Shown piece by piece: positions 10,236-20,559 of a stretch of DNA of 64,000 bases. The stretch spans positions 1,120,001-1,184,000 of the forward strand of contig OX638351.1 of assembly GCA_951813565.1 (NCBI GenBank), read 5' to 3'. How positions within the stretch are numbered: the stretch's first letter is position 1; every line of letters begins with the position of its first letter. The position numbers and the translations under genes were made by a program. The notes beneath the pieces were generated by a model. That model saw only the letters and a program-made list of their open reading frames with translations, was not told the origin of the DNA and searched no databases. Origin of the DNA: an uncultured Poribacteria bacterium (lineage in GTDB: Bacteria; Poribacteria; WGA-4E; WGA-3G).

Positions 10236-10829
10236 ATGAAACCTGATTCAATCCGGTGTTTTGCTGCAATTGAGATACCAGAAAGGATTCAGGCTTTATT
10301 GGCAGAAGTTCAGGATGCGTTTCGTCCGAAGATTGAAAAAGCATCGTGGACGAAGCAAGGAAATTTCCATCTGACTTTGAAGTTCCTTGGAGACGTAAAG
10401 AGTCGGACTATCAATGAGATAAGTGCAGCATTACAAAAGATAGTGGAAAGTCAAACACCATTTTCAATCGAAATTGGTGGGATAGGAGCATTTCCAAATT
10501 TAGAACGTCCTCGTGTTTTATGGGTAGGTTTAAAACAAGGAATACCACTAACAGTAAAGTTGGCTCGTGCGATAAATCATGAACTTGTTAAGTTTGGTTT
10601 TGAGAAAGATACGCGTTTTCACCCACATTTAACGCTCGCGCGACTAAGAGACCAAGTGAATTTGAATACTTTTATCAGTTTATTTAAGAAATTTGAAACC
10701 CTTGACGGGACTTTGTTGACAGTAGATAAAATTACGCTTGTCAAAAGTGAGTTGCATCCGAGTGGTGCAGTCTATACCCCGTTAAAACTCTGTGAATTGG
10801 GCAAGGAGAAAGTTGCTAATGGCAAATGA
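10236..10829 (+). CDS. thpR: RNA 2',3'-cyclic phosphodiesterase (2H family)
   Basis: Two HLTL motifs ([16 protein letters not shown]); usual position upstream of recA. Confidence 0.92.
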   Translation: MKPDSIRCFAAIEIPERIQALLAEVQDAFRPKIEKASWTKQGNFHLTLKFLGDVKSRTINEISAALQKIVESQTPFSIEIGGIGAFPNLERPRVLWVGLKQGIPLTVKLARAINHELVKFGFEKDTRFHPHLTLARLRDQVNLNTFISLFKKFETLDGTLLTVDKITLVKSELHPSGAVYTPLKLCELGKEKVANGK

Positions 10830-11961
10830 CGATCAAAAAAAACCTGAAAATGAAGGAAGTCCGGGAGAGAAAAAAGCTGCTGAAGAGAAAAAAAAGGCTG
10901 TTGATCAAGCTATTTCTCAAGTAGAACGCGCCTATGGAAAAGGTGCGATTATGCGTCTTACTGATAACGAAGTGGTACCGGTAGAAGTAATCCCAACGGG
11001 TGCACTTGCACTTGATATGGCATTAGGCGTTGGCGGTGTCCCGCGGGGCAGAATTATAGAAATTTTTGGGCATGAGGGTACAGGAAAAACAACTTTGGCA
11101 CTACACATCGTTGCTGAAGCACAAAAAATGGGTGGAATCGCAGCGTTTATTGACGTTGAGCATGCTTTGGATACAACTTACGCCCGCAATATCGGTGTTA
11201 ATCTCGAAAACGTATTAATTTCGCAACCGGATGCCGGTGAACAAGCATTAGAGATTGTGGAAACACTCATCCGAAGTGGAGCGATTGACGTTGTCATCGT
11301 CGATTCGGTGGCTGCTTTAACACCACAAGCCGAAGTTGAAGGTGAAATGGGTGATGCGCATGTCGGGTTGCTTCCACGCTTGATGTCTAAAGCGTTAAGA
11401 AAACTATCGGGTGTGACGAACAAGTCGAAAACATGTGTTATTTTTACCAACCAGATTCGCCAAAAGATCGGTATCATGTTTGGTAACCCAGATACAACAC
11501 CTGGTGGACTCGCACTGAAGTTTCATGCTTCTGTGCGTTTAGAAATCCGCCGTGCTACGCAGATCAAAGAAGGTACTGAAGTGCTTGGGAACAGAGTCCT
11601 TGTCAAGGTAGTAAAAAACAAAGTAGCACCGCCCTTCAGAGAAGCAGAATTTGATGTGACTTTTGGTAAAGGTATATCAAAAGAGGGTAACCTTTTAGAT
11701 ATCGCTATTGATGCCAAGTTGATTGATAAAAGAGGTTCATGGTTCTCATATAACAATGAACGGATAGGTCAAGGACGTAATAATGCGAAAACTTATTTAG
11801 AGCAAAATCCTGAAATTGCAGCTGAACTTGATAAAAAGATTAGAGAAAATCTTGGCTCAATTTCTCAATCTGGAATAGGTGAAATCCCGGGTGTTGATGT
11901 TATTGATGAACAGGTGGATACCGAATTTGATGATACATCTGATGACGGCGATGAAAATTAG
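10819..11961 (+). CDS. recA: Recombinase A
   Basis: [46 protein letters not shown]. Confidence 0.97.
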   Translation: MANDDQKKPENEGSPGEKKAAEEKKKAVDQAISQVERAYGKGAIMRLTDNEVVPVEVIPTGALALDMALGVGGVPRGRIIEIFGHEGTGKTTLALHIVAEAQKMGGIAAFIDVEHALDTTYARNIGVNLENVLISQPDAGEQALEIVETLIRSGAIDVVIVDSVAALTPQAEVEGEMGDAHVGLLPRLMSKALRKLSGVTNKSKTCVIFTNQIRQKIGIMFGNPDTTPGGLALKFHASVRLEIRRATQIKEGTEVLGNRVLVKVVKNKVAPPFREAEFDVTFGKGISKEGNLLDIAIDAKLIDKRGSWFSYNNERIGQGRNNAKTYLEQNPEIAAELDKKIRENLGSISQSGIGEIPGVDVIDEQVDTEFDDTSDDGDEN

Positions 11962-11976
11962 ATTTTGATTAGATGC

Positions 11977-12007
11977 CTCTTGTAGGAGGGGTTTGTAACC
12001 CTGATTT
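11977..12007 (+). repeat. GTAG-type REP-like hairpin
   Basis: CTCTTGTAGGAGGGGTTTGTAACCCTGATTT; near-identical copy at about 33018-33048. Confidence 0.7.
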
Positions 12008-12049
12008 ATAATGGGACTATATAAAAACTGAATGGTTCTTTGTTTTTTC

Positions 12050-12078
12050 TTGATGTAAATTTTTCAACATGCTATACT
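12050..12078 (+). promoter_or_regulatory. sigma70 promoter upstream of arc
   Basis: TTGATG-17 bp-TATACT with extended TG. Confidence 0.55.
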
Positions 12079-12165
12079 TTTATGCACTAAGGTTGGTATT
12101 GATAAGATCCAACCTTTTTTTTACCATACCATCAATCTTTTCAATGGAAAGTGAGAACATCTCGT

Positions 12166-13965
12166 ATGGCTGGCAAAAGAGAGACTTCATCTGAATTATT
12201 GAAAGGTTCTGATATTGAAGGGATCGAATCAGATAATACGGTTGACTATCCACAGCGGATTCGTGAGTTAAACTGGCAGATAGAGATGCTTGAAAACGAA
12301 GTTTCGGATCTGAGAAGACAGTTGAGCACTGCCCCAGATGAAGATGTGGACGCGCGCCTGTATGAAATGACACGTGAACTTATGCAGGCACATAGACGCA
12401 ATCGCAAACTTACAACTACGCTCCATGAAGCAAAGGAAAAACTTGAACTCCTAAAAGAAAAGGTCAAACAACTGAGCGCGCCACCGAACAATTACGGTAT
12501 TTTTCTTGGCGCGAATGATGATAACACGATTGATGTTGACATCAGTGGAAAAAAATGGCGTGTGAATCTTGATCCTGCCATCAAAGCTGATCAAATACAG
12601 ATAGGGCAAGAGGTCATTGTTAATAGTGGCTTAAATGTCGTTGCGATCAAACCGCCTGAGAAACATGGAGATGTCGTTAAGATAAAAGAATTACTTGAAT
12701 CTGATCGCGCTATTGTGAATCTTCGGACAGATGAAGAACAAGTTGTACGGGTTTCCGCCGCTTTGAAGGATGAACCTTTGAAGACAGGAGATAGCGTCTT
12801 GCTGAATCATACCAGTGGGATGCTCCTTGAAAAACTTCCAAAGCGCGAACTTGACGATTTACTGCTTGAAGAAGTCCCTGATATAAGTTATGCGGACATC
12901 GGTGGACTTGATACGCAGATAGAGTCAATTCGAGATGCCATTGAAATGCCTTACCTTTACCCTGATGAGTACCGCGAATTTGATCTGACTCCACCGAAAG
13001 GTGTGTTGCTGTATGGGCCTCCAGGATGTGGAAAAACATTGATAGCACGAGCGGTGGCGAATAACCTCGCTGAAAGTATCCGACAAAAGACCGGTAGAGA
13101 TGACGTCAGAGGCTATTTTATAAATATCAAGGGCCCCGAGCTGCTTAATAAGTATGTTGGTGAAACTGAACGAAAGATACGAGAAGTCTTCCAAAAGGCA
13201 CGTGACAAGTCTAAAGAGGGGTATCCTGTTGTTATCTTCTTTGACGAAATGGATTCTTTGTTCCGATCGCGCGGCATGGGAATTTCATCAGACATGGAGT
13301 CCACCCTTGTGCCACAGTTTCTCGCCGAAATTGACGGTGTAGAAAATTTACGCGATGTTATTGTTATCGGTGCAAGTAATCGGCAAGACCTCCTTGACCC
13401 CGCTGTTTTGAGACCGGGTAGACTTGACATAAAGATAAAGATTGATCGTCCCAACATTGATGGTGCCAAGGATATTTTTGCTATCTATTTAACACCGGAC
13501 CTTCCGTTCGCAAAAAAAGAAATAGATGAATTTGATGGTAATACCGATAGTATTTCAGAACATTTCATAGCCGCTGCTGTGGACGAGATGTACGCGACTA
13601 CAGATGAGAATAGGTTTATTGAGGTAACATATACCCGTGGCGAACGCGAAACCCTCTTTTTTAAGGATTTTGTGAGCGGTGCAATGATTAGAAATATTGT
13701 TTCCCGCGCGAAAAAGACAGCAATTAAACGCTTAATAGATTCTGAAGGGAAGGAAAAAGGAATTTCGCTTGACGATTTGAAGTCCGCTATTCGAGAAGAA
13801 TATCATGAAAACGAGGATTTACCGAATACCACGAATCCAGATGATTGGGCAAAGATTTCTGGTAGGAAGGGCGAAAAGATTGTCAACATTCGAGCACTGA
13901 TTAATGAGCCAGAGGTGCGTAGAAAGCCAGAGGTAAGAGTTAGCAAAGGTGGAACATACCTATAG
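12166..13965 (+). CDS. arc: Proteasome-associated AAA+ ATPase (ARC/Mpa)
   Basis: N-terminal coiled coil, OB region, GPPGCGKT, NIKGPELLNKYVGETER, FFDEMD, NEDLPNTTNPDDWAKISG, C-terminal GTYL (HbYX-type). Confidence 0.97.
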   Translation: MAGKRETSSELLKGSDIEGIESDNTVDYPQRIRELNWQIEMLENEVSDLRRQLSTAPDEDVDARLYEMTRELMQAHRRNRKLTTTLHEAKEKLELLKEKVKQLSAPPNNYGIFLGANDDNTIDVDISGKKWRVNLDPAIKADQIQIGQEVIVNSGLNVVAIKPPEKHGDVVKIKELLESDRAIVNLRTDEEQVVRVSAALKDEPLKTGDSVLLNHTSGMLLEKLPKRELDDLLLEEVPDISYADIGGLDTQIESIRDAIEMPYLYPDEYREFDLTPPKGVLLYGPPGCGKTLIARAVANNLAESIRQKTGRDDVRGYFINIKGPELLNKYVGETERKIREVFQKARDKSKEGYPVVIFFDEMDSLFRSRGMGISSDMESTLVPQFLAEIDGVENLRDVIVIGASNRQDLLDPAVLRPGRLDIKIKIDRPNIDGAKDIFAIYLTPDLPFAKKEIDEFDGNTDSISEHFIAAAVDEMYATTDENRFIEVTYTRGERETLFFKDFVSGAMIRNIVSRAKKTAIKRLIDSEGKEKGISLDDLKSAIREEYHENEDLPNTTNPDDWAKISGRKGEKIVNIRALINEPEVRRKPEVRVSKGGTYL

Positions 13966-13997
13966 TATTAGTTTATGGAAAAGTTGTGCATTGCATA

Positions 13998-14064
13998 GTA
14001 GTAGGCACACGCCGTGTGCCGTAATCTCATCACTTGTGTACGGCACGCGGAGCGTGCCTACTAC
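13998..14064. repeat. Inverted REP-like doublet
   Basis: GTAGTAGGCACACGCCGTGTGCCGT...ACGGCACGCGGAGCGTGCCTACTAC. Confidence 0.8.
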
Positions 14065-14082
14065 CATGTTCCAAATCAACGC

Positions 14083-14262
14083 TGAATGCGCTTTTGGCAT
14101 TCAGCGGGTGTTAATATGTGATTGGATCAAGCCTCAGAGAGGCGAAAGGTGTATAGCAGCATCATATTTTACATTGCACAGAGTTTCAGAGGAGCGAAAG
14201 GTGATAAGAAGGACAGAATACCACACTAAATTGACACCCGCTGAATGCCATAAAGGCATTCA
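14083..14262. mobile_element. MITE-like element with ~33-bp imperfect terminal inverted repeats
   Basis: TGAATGCGCTTTTGGCATTCAGCGGGTGTTAAT...ATTGACACCCGCTGAATGCCATAAAGGCATTCA; internal direct repeat TCAGAG(A/G)(G/A)GCGAAAGGTG twice. Confidence 0.55.
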
Positions 14263-14373
14263 TAGCGTTGATTTATGGGTAGAGCGTAGCGAAACCCAAC
14301 ATTTAGATTTAGCATGCATGTGGTCTAATATTGCTTTTATAACTGTAGTATCTATTTGACTACGAAAGAGAAT

Positions 14374-15861
14374 ATGTCAGTACCAACAATTATCGGAACC
14401 GAAACTGAGTTCGGTATTTCCGTCAAAAATGCGCGAGAACAAGACCCGATAGCGGCTTCAACGTTAGTTGTAAACGCTTATAAAAGCCGTAACATCCCAA
14501 CGATTTCATGGGATTATGCGCAAGAAAGCCCATTGATGGATGCCCGCGGATTTATGGAAGAGAGTCAAAATCCATCGGTGGAAGACGAGAACAACAATGT
14601 TATTAATGATATTTTGATAAACGGTGGTAGATATTATGTTGACCACGCACACCCGGAATACTGCACACCTGAATGTTCAAATGCCCGCGACCTCGTTAAA
14701 TATGAAAAAGCAGGCGAACTCATTTTAGATTTAAGCCGACTCGCCGCAGAGCAGTTGCTGCTGGATAATCAAGAAATTATTATCTATAAAAACAATACTG
14801 ATTACAAAGGACATAGTTACGGAGCACATGAAAATTACTTGATGTCGCGTAAGGTGTCATTTTCGGATATTGTAGATGGATTAACACCTTTCCTCGTAAC
14901 ACGACAGATTATTACCGGTAGTGGTAAGGTAGGAGCAGAAAACGGGGCAGACGATACGGATTTCCAAATCTCACAACGAGCAGATTTCTTTGAAAAAGAG
15001 GTCGGTCTCAGCACAATGGTTGAACGTCCGTTGATAAACACCCGTGATGAACCACACGCAGATTCAAAACTTTATCGTAGGTTGCATGTGATTGTGGGCG
15101 ATTCGAACATGTCCGAATTTGCTATCTACCTGAAAGTCGGGATTACGGCTATCGTCTTACAATTAATTGAGAAAGGGGTTATCGGTAAGCAATTTGCTTT
15201 ACAAGAACCTGTTGCAGTGATAAAATCGGTATCGCGTGATCTATCGTGCAAAAACAAGATTGAACTTAAAGATAACCGCAAGTGGACAGCAATAGAGGTT
15301 CAACGGGCGTATCTTGAGCTTGCGCATCAACATCTTTCGGGTGAAGAACGAACGCCTATAGTTGAGGATGTTTTAGAAAAGTGGGATTTTGTTTTAAAAG
15401 GTTTAGAAGTTGATCCGATGTCTTTAGGGCAGCATTTAGATTGGATCATCAAGAAACGACTGATTGATGCTTATGTCGCACGTCACGATTTCAAATGGAC
15501 TGACCCGCGTGTTCGGATGATGGATCTTCAGTATCATGACCTGCGACCCGATAAAGGACTTTATGCACGATTGCTGAAAAATGGGCATGTTGAACGTATA
15601 TTAACGCATGAAGAAATCGTTCATGCAATTCAGCATCCTCCATTAGATACCCGCGCATATTTTCGAGGCACATGTTTACGAAAATTTCCTAATGAAATTC
15701 ATAGTGTGAGTTGGAATTCAATAATTTTTAATGGTCCAACAGGTTTTGATAAAATTATGATGGAACGTCCACACTTTGGCACACAAGAAATTGTTGGTGA
15801 ACTATTAAACACCTGTACGGTCGTTGATCTCGTGAACCAAATCCGAGCTGACTGCAAATAA
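14374..15861 (+). CDS. dop: Pup deamidase/depupylase
   Basis: GTETEFG, WDY..ESPL.DARG, NGGRYYVDHAHPEY, NTRDEPHAD, RRLHVIVGD. Confidence 0.95.
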   Translation: MSVPTIIGTETEFGISVKNAREQDPIAASTLVVNAYKSRNIPTISWDYAQESPLMDARGFMEESQNPSVEDENNNVINDILINGGRYYVDHAHPEYCTPECSNARDLVKYEKAGELILDLSRLAAEQLLLDNQEIIIYKNNTDYKGHSYGAHENYLMSRKVSFSDIVDGLTPFLVTRQIITGSGKVGAENGADDTDFQISQRADFFEKEVGLSTMVERPLINTRDEPHADSKLYRRLHVIVGDSNMSEFAIYLKVGITAIVLQLIEKGVIGKQFALQEPVAVIKSVSRDLSCKNKIELKDNRKWTAIEVQRAYLELAHQHLSGEERTPIVEDVLEKWDFVLKGLEVDPMSLGQHLDWIIKKRLIDAYVARHDFKWTDPRVRMMDLQYHDLRPDKGLYARLLKNGHVERILTHEEIVHAIQHPPLDTRAYFRGTCLRKFPNEIHSVSWNSIIFNGPTGFDKIMMERPHFGTQEIVGELLNTCTVVDLVNQIRADCK

Positions 15862-15946
15862 TTTAGTTGATAAGATTTTATCCCTAATGCTGAAAATGTA
15901 AGGTATACGGAATTTCCGTTGCCCGTAATTATAAAAGGAGTCCAAG

Positions 15947-16144
15947 ATGCCAAGCGAAAAACAGCAAGAATACAGAGATCATCCCGCGAATGAAACTGCG
16001 GAGATACAGCCCAATTCTGAATTCAATGAAAACGTAGATGAGTTGACTGAAGATTTAGATGCGCTCCTTGATGAAATCGACGAAATTCTGGAAGAAGACT
16101 CCGAGGAATTCGTCGAGAACTACATCCAGCGGGGAGGGCAGTAG
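15947..16144 (+). CDS. pup: Prokaryotic ubiquitin-like protein Pup
   Basis: 65 aa, acidic, ends DALLDEIDEILEEDSEEFVENYIQRGGQ; lies between dop and prcB. Confidence 0.95.
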   Translation: MPSEKQQEYRDHPANETAEIQPNSEFNENVDELTEDLDALLDEIDEILEEDSEEFVENYIQRGGQ

Positions 16145-16146
16145 GA

Positions 16147-16938
16147 TTGCTCAAACTCCATGATTATGGAACTACCGATTTTTTGCAAATTCTGAAGAAC
16201 CGATACCCCGATCAGGTTGGTAACTGGAACCAACCTAACGGATTACAAGATGCGCTTCCACAAAATGTTTTGGAAGGCACTACGGTCCTCGCGCTTGTGT
16301 ATAATGACGGTGTTATTATTGCCGGTGATCGTCAAGCAACAGAAGGTTACCAAGTTGGAGAACGTCGAATTCAGAAGGTTTATAAAATTGATAGACACTC
16401 TGCAATAGCGGTTGCTGGTGTTGCGGGGCCCTGTATTGAAACAGCAAAACTTTTCCAAGTTCAAGTTGAATTTTATGAAAAGATAGAAGGGGCACCCTTA
16501 AGTTTGGATGGGCAAGCGAATTATTTGTCCAGTCTTGTCAGAGCGAATTTAAGTTTAGCGATGCAAGGGTTAATTGTTTTGCCGCTTTTTGCTGGGTATG
16601 ACTTAAAACGTGAAACAGGACGGATTTTTAAGTACGATGCGCTCGGTGGACGTTACGAGGAAGACGCCTATTATGCCATCGGTTCCGGTGGGAAGGATGC
16701 GCGTTCAACTTTAAAAAAGTTGTATCAACCGAATATGTCCAAAGAATCGGCACTCAACGCTGTTGCAGAAGCACTCTGGGATGCAGCAGATGAGGATATT
16801 GCGACTGGCGGTCCTGATTTGATTCGGAAAATCTTTCCGACCTTGACATTAATTACAGAAGCAGGTGTATCAGAGGTGCCAGACGATACCGTTGCAGCGT
16901 TGTACCGAGAGTTAGTCGCTCGCTTAGAACAGTCGTAG
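16147..16938 (+). CDS. prcB: 20S proteasome beta subunit
   Basis: Propeptide ending EG|TTVLAL (catalytic Thr1), AGDRQAT, IGSGG, DAADEDIATGGPD. Confidence 0.95.
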   Translation: MLKLHDYGTTDFLQILKNRYPDQVGNWNQPNGLQDALPQNVLEGTTVLALVYNDGVIIAGDRQATEGYQVGERRIQKVYKIDRHSAIAVAGVAGPCIETAKLFQVQVEFYEKIEGAPLSLDGQANYLSSLVRANLSLAMQGLIVLPLFAGYDLKRETGRIFKYDALGGRYEEDAYYAIGSGGKDARSTLKKLYQPNMSKESALNAVAEALWDAADEDIATGGPDLIRKIFPTLTLITEAGVSEVPDDTVAALYRELVARLEQS

Positions 16939-16980
16939 GCGGGTTTTTCTACGTACTCGGTAAATCTTGAGGAGTTGTGA

Positions 16981-17691
16981 ATGTCGACGCCTTATTATGT
17001 GTCGCCCGAACAGATTTGGGAAGATAAAAAGGATTTTGTCCGTCGCGGAATTGAGCAAGCGAAAGAGGTGGTTGCCTTAGAATATAAGGACGGACTGCTG
17101 ATGGTTGCCGAAAACCCGCGCAGAACGACCTTTAAAATTTCTGAAATTTATGACAGAATAGCACTCGCCTCAACAGGTCGTGTTGCAGAATATGAGGCGC
17201 TTCGTGTAGCAGGTATTCGTGAATCTGAAGTGAAAGGTTATACTTACTACCGTGAAGATGTCACTGGAAAATGGTTGACAAACCTATATTCACAACACAT
17301 GGGGGCGATCGCTCAGGCATGGGATGCAAAACCGTTAGAGATTGAACTACTTGTATGTGAAGTAGATGGAAATCCAGCTGTCGGTAGTCAGATTTACTAT
17401 GTAGACTTTGACGGGACCTATCACGAAGAGGAAAAATTTGCAGTTATAGGTGGCAGGGCAGAATCTATAACTAATATCCTAAAAGAAACTTACACAGAAG
17501 GTTTAGAATTAGCCGCAGCATTACAACTTGCTTCACAGACTCTTGAACGTATTGAAGCAGAAGAGTCGGAACCGTATGAGATATCGCCACAAACCATAGA
17601 AGTTGCGTGTCTTGACGTAACCGCTGGACGCCGTAAATTTCGTCGGTTTTCCATTGAAGATATAGCTGAGATTTTTAACCATGCATCGTAG
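16981..17691 (+). CDS. prcA: 20S proteasome alpha subunit
   Basis: PYYVSPEQ, KISEIYDRIA, KPLEIELLVCEV. Confidence 0.95.
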   Translation: MSTPYYVSPEQIWEDKKDFVRRGIEQAKEVVALEYKDGLLMVAENPRRTTFKISEIYDRIALASTGRVAEYEALRVAGIRESEVKGYTYYREDVTGKWLTNLYSQHMGAIAQAWDAKPLEIELLVCEVDGNPAVGSQIYYVDFDGTYHEEEKFAVIGGRAESITNILKETYTEGLELAAALQLASQTLERIEAEESEPYEISPQTIEVACLDVTAGRRKFRRFSIEDIAEIFNHAS

Positions 17692-19042
17692 AATATACGG
17701 ATTGGAAACCGAGTACGGGATAATCTGTACCCCAGAGAAGAACAGAGGCAAAAAACTAACGGTTCAGAATGTAGTTATGTATCTGTTTCGTGAAATTATA
17801 TCTGGGCGGATGTATCCTGATGTATTTTTAGAAAACGGTGCGCGGTTTTATCAAGACATTGGGTGTCACCCTGAATATGCCACTCCAGAATGTGACGATA
17901 TTATAGAGTTGGTGGCGCATGATAAAGCAGGAGAGCGAATCGTAACACGACTTGCCACAACTGCTGAGCGCAGGATGCGCGCCGACGGTTTTCGCGGCAA
18001 GATCTCCATTTTTAAGAATAATTTAGATACGGTAGGAAATACTTATGGCTGTCATGAAAACTATCTCATGGAGCGAGAAAAGGTTAGTTTTCGGCAGTTA
18101 GCATCACAACTCATTCCTTTTTTTGTCACCCGACAAATATATTCAGGCGCAGGTAAAGTCAAGCGAAGCGATCAAGGTTTCTATGAGATTTCGCAGCGCG
18201 CCCAGCACATCCGAGAAGAAATTTCCATTGCTACAACGACCGCACGCGGTATCATAAATACGCGCGATGAACCCCACGCTGACCGAGAAAAATATAGGCG
18301 ATTGCATGTCATCGTTGGTGATTCCAATATGTCCGAATTTTCAACCTTTTTGAAAGTCGGCACAACCGGAATCGTTCTCCGCATGATTGAAGATCATTTT
18401 ATCAATGAACGTTTTGCCCTGCGTAATTCTGTGCAAGCGATACACGAAATTTCTGAAGACATTACCTGCAAACGACTTATTGAACTTGAGAACGGGAAGA
18501 GGCTTTCTGCTGTTGAACTTCAATGGCAATACTTTGAATGTGCAAAACGGTACCTTGAACAGGCTGAATCTGATCCGACCACTGACGAGGTTATGGCACG
18601 TTGGGAATATGTGATGACCTGCCTTGAAGATGATCCGATGCAACTGGAACGTGAACTTGATTGGGTCATTAAGCGGAAGTGGATTGAAACTTACGTCCAA
18701 CACCGCTCCTTAAACTGGGATTCCGCAGAAGTGAGACGTTTAGATTTAGAATACCACAACATTCGGCAAGATGCCGGGGTTTATTATAAAGCAGAAAAAC
18801 GAGGATTGACAGAAAGGATTTTAGATGATGCCCAGATTCGGCATGCGATGCATGCGCCACCTGAACGTACCCGCGCAAAGTTTCGAGGAAGATTTATCAA
18901 ACTCGTCAATAATGGAAAAGTTCTATGTGGTGTAAATTGGAGTTATATCCAACTGTATGAACCCTATCAAAAATTGTACTTGTCTACGGACCCGCTTGAA
19001 CCCGAATTTGAAGAAGCGAGTAGAATGATTTATTCAATTTAA
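17681..19042 (+). CDS. pafA: Pup-protein ligase
   Basis: RRIYGLETEYG, FLENGARFYQDIGCHPEYATPEC, NTRDEPHAD, RRLHVIVGDSNM. Confidence 0.95.
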   Translation: MHRRIYGLETEYGIICTPEKNRGKKLTVQNVVMYLFREIISGRMYPDVFLENGARFYQDIGCHPEYATPECDDIIELVAHDKAGERIVTRLATTAERRMRADGFRGKISIFKNNLDTVGNTYGCHENYLMEREKVSFRQLASQLIPFFVTRQIYSGAGKVKRSDQGFYEISQRAQHIREEISIATTTARGIINTRDEPHADREKYRRLHVIVGDSNMSEFSTFLKVGTTGIVLRMIEDHFINERFALRNSVQAIHEISEDITCKRLIELENGKRLSAVELQWQYFECAKRYLEQAESDPTTDEVMARWEYVMTCLEDDPMQLERELDWVIKRKWIETYVQHRSLNWDSAEVRRLDLEYHNIRQDAGVYYKAEKRGLTERILDDAQIRHAMHAPPERTRAKFRGRFIKLVNNGKVLCGVNWSYIQLYEPYQKLYLSTDPLEPEFEEASRMIYSI

Positions 19043-19116
19043 TCCTAAAACATCTGAATATAAAATAACTCTGAGTTATTATGCCTTGCCTCAACACAAT
19101 CTAATTAATTCCAACC

Positions 19117-19145
19117 TTGACACGCACTTCCGGTTACGCTATAAT
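19117..19145 (+). promoter_or_regulatory. Consensus sigma70 promoter
   Basis: TTGACA-17 bp-TATAAT. Confidence 0.75.
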
Positions 19146-19174
19146 GAATTATCAGTGAATTACCGGAGGAACCT

Positions 19175-19765
19175 ATGGCAACTTCTGCAGCACAAACATA
19201 CCTCACACCCGAAGAATATATCACTTTAGAACGCAAGGCGATACCTGACGCAGAAACAGTTAGAAGTGAGTACGTTAAGGGAAAAATAATCGCAATGTCT
19301 GGAGCAAGTTTCGCAGATAATTTGATTACAGCAAACATATCTGCTGGATTGCATGCTCGCTTGAGAGACAGTGGATGTGTCGCGATCGCTAACGAAATGC
19401 GGGTAAGCACACCCAGTACTTCATCCTATTTCTACCCTGATGTTGTTGTCGTTTGTGAAGAACCACGTTTTGAAGATGATGTCTTTGATATACTCCTCAA
19501 CCCAATTATTCTCGTAGAAGTTTTGTCACCTTCAACAGAGGCTTATGATCGCGGTGAAAAATTTATCCATTACCGACAGATTGAATCTTTACAGGAATAC
19601 ATCCTTGTTGCACAAGACAAGATTTGTGTTGAGATCTTCCGTCGACAAGAGAACAATTGGATTCTCACCGATTTTCAAAACCTTGAAGAACTCCTCCCAC
19701 TTAATTCAGTCCAATCCGAACTCCCTTTACGTGAGATTTATGATCGCGTAACATTTCCTGAGTAA
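19175..19765 (+). CDS. Uma2 family putative endonuclease
   Basis: TPEEY, YPDVVV, VEVLSPST, EYILVAQD. Confidence 0.9.
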   Translation: MATSAAQTYLTPEEYITLERKAIPDAETVRSEYVKGKIIAMSGASFADNLITANISAGLHARLRDSGCVAIANEMRVSTPSTSSYFYPDVVVVCEEPRFEDDVFDILLNPIILVEVLSPSTEAYDRGEKFIHYRQIESLQEYILVAQDKICVEIFRRQENNWILTDFQNLEELLPLNSVQSELPLREIYDRVTFPE

Positions 19766-19796
19766 AAACAGGCGGACTGTGAAAGATACCACATCT

Positions 19797-20306
19797 ATGT
19801 CAAAACAGAACTTCAACGAAAAACTGATCGCACTCCTCAAAACCAACCCAGACTTTACTGACGAATCAGACGAACTCCTCCCCGCCGCAGTCAAAGACCA
19901 TGCATGGAAACTTGACCATAACCTCATCAGATTATTGCTGTCCGACCCACAAATAAAATCTACCTTCTTTGACAAAATTGATGGACATTGGGTTTTCAAT
20001 CACAACACCTTTATTGACTATATCAGTGCCAAAAACTTCCTTGCCAATTCTTACACCCAATTCCGCAACAAAATCGGCTTGAACATCGCCGAAAATTTTT
20101 TCCTGAACTGGTATGTCAACGCAGAAACGCCCTATGAAGCAATAGAAGATTTCAAAGCCATTGATGACCTTGAAGCACAGAAACATCTATTGGTAGAACT
20201 GCTGGATAAAAATCAACTCTATGTCAACCTCTCCGAAATAGAGGATGCGGATTTTGCGGTGAGTGCGGAAGATAAGGCGTTGAATAAGATGTTTTATGGA
20301 GAATAA
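19797..20306 (+). pseudogene. Type III R-M Mod remnant: N- and C-termini fused, catalytic core deleted
   Basis: N-terminal ...NSYTQFRNKIGLNI joined in frame near 20087 to C-terminal FLNWY...LLDKNQLYVNLSEIED...NKMFY; no DPPY or FxGxG motif. Confidence 0.75.
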
Positions 20307-20451
20307 AAAACCAGGGATATAGGATTGTGCAAACCGCAGCCCGACAATCACCAGGCATGGAGCCGTTTTCGTCCCTGACAATTGATAATATTACACCACA
20401 AAGATTGGTAAATATCAATAATGAATCATATCTTTTTTGGAGAATCGTATC

Positions 20452-20480
20452 TTGACATTTTGTTTCTTTTGTGATATACT
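20452..20480 (+). promoter_or_regulatory. sigma70 promoter of the ImmA-PIN pair
   Basis: TTGACA-17 bp-TATACT. Confidence 0.7.
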
Positions 20481-20559
20481 TTAATTCACAACATGTATTA
20501 TGTGTTAATTTTATATTTACTATTGATTTATTATTATCAAGTTTTGCAGGGTGTATACC

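Noticed and set aside
14131..14212. CRISPR-like direct repeats
   Set aside because: Only two imperfect units inside an inverted-repeat element; no cas genes.
13949..14359. 136-aa ORF between arc and dop
   Set aside because: It consists of REP/MITE sequence and has no protein motif.
15947..16144. UBact
   Set aside because: The C-terminus is QRGGQ with the Pup LDEID..LEE helix, not R[S/T]G[E/Q].
20307..20400. Possible structured element after the mod remnant (CAGGGA...TCCCTG)
   Set aside because: The inverted match is too short and has no second copy in the window.
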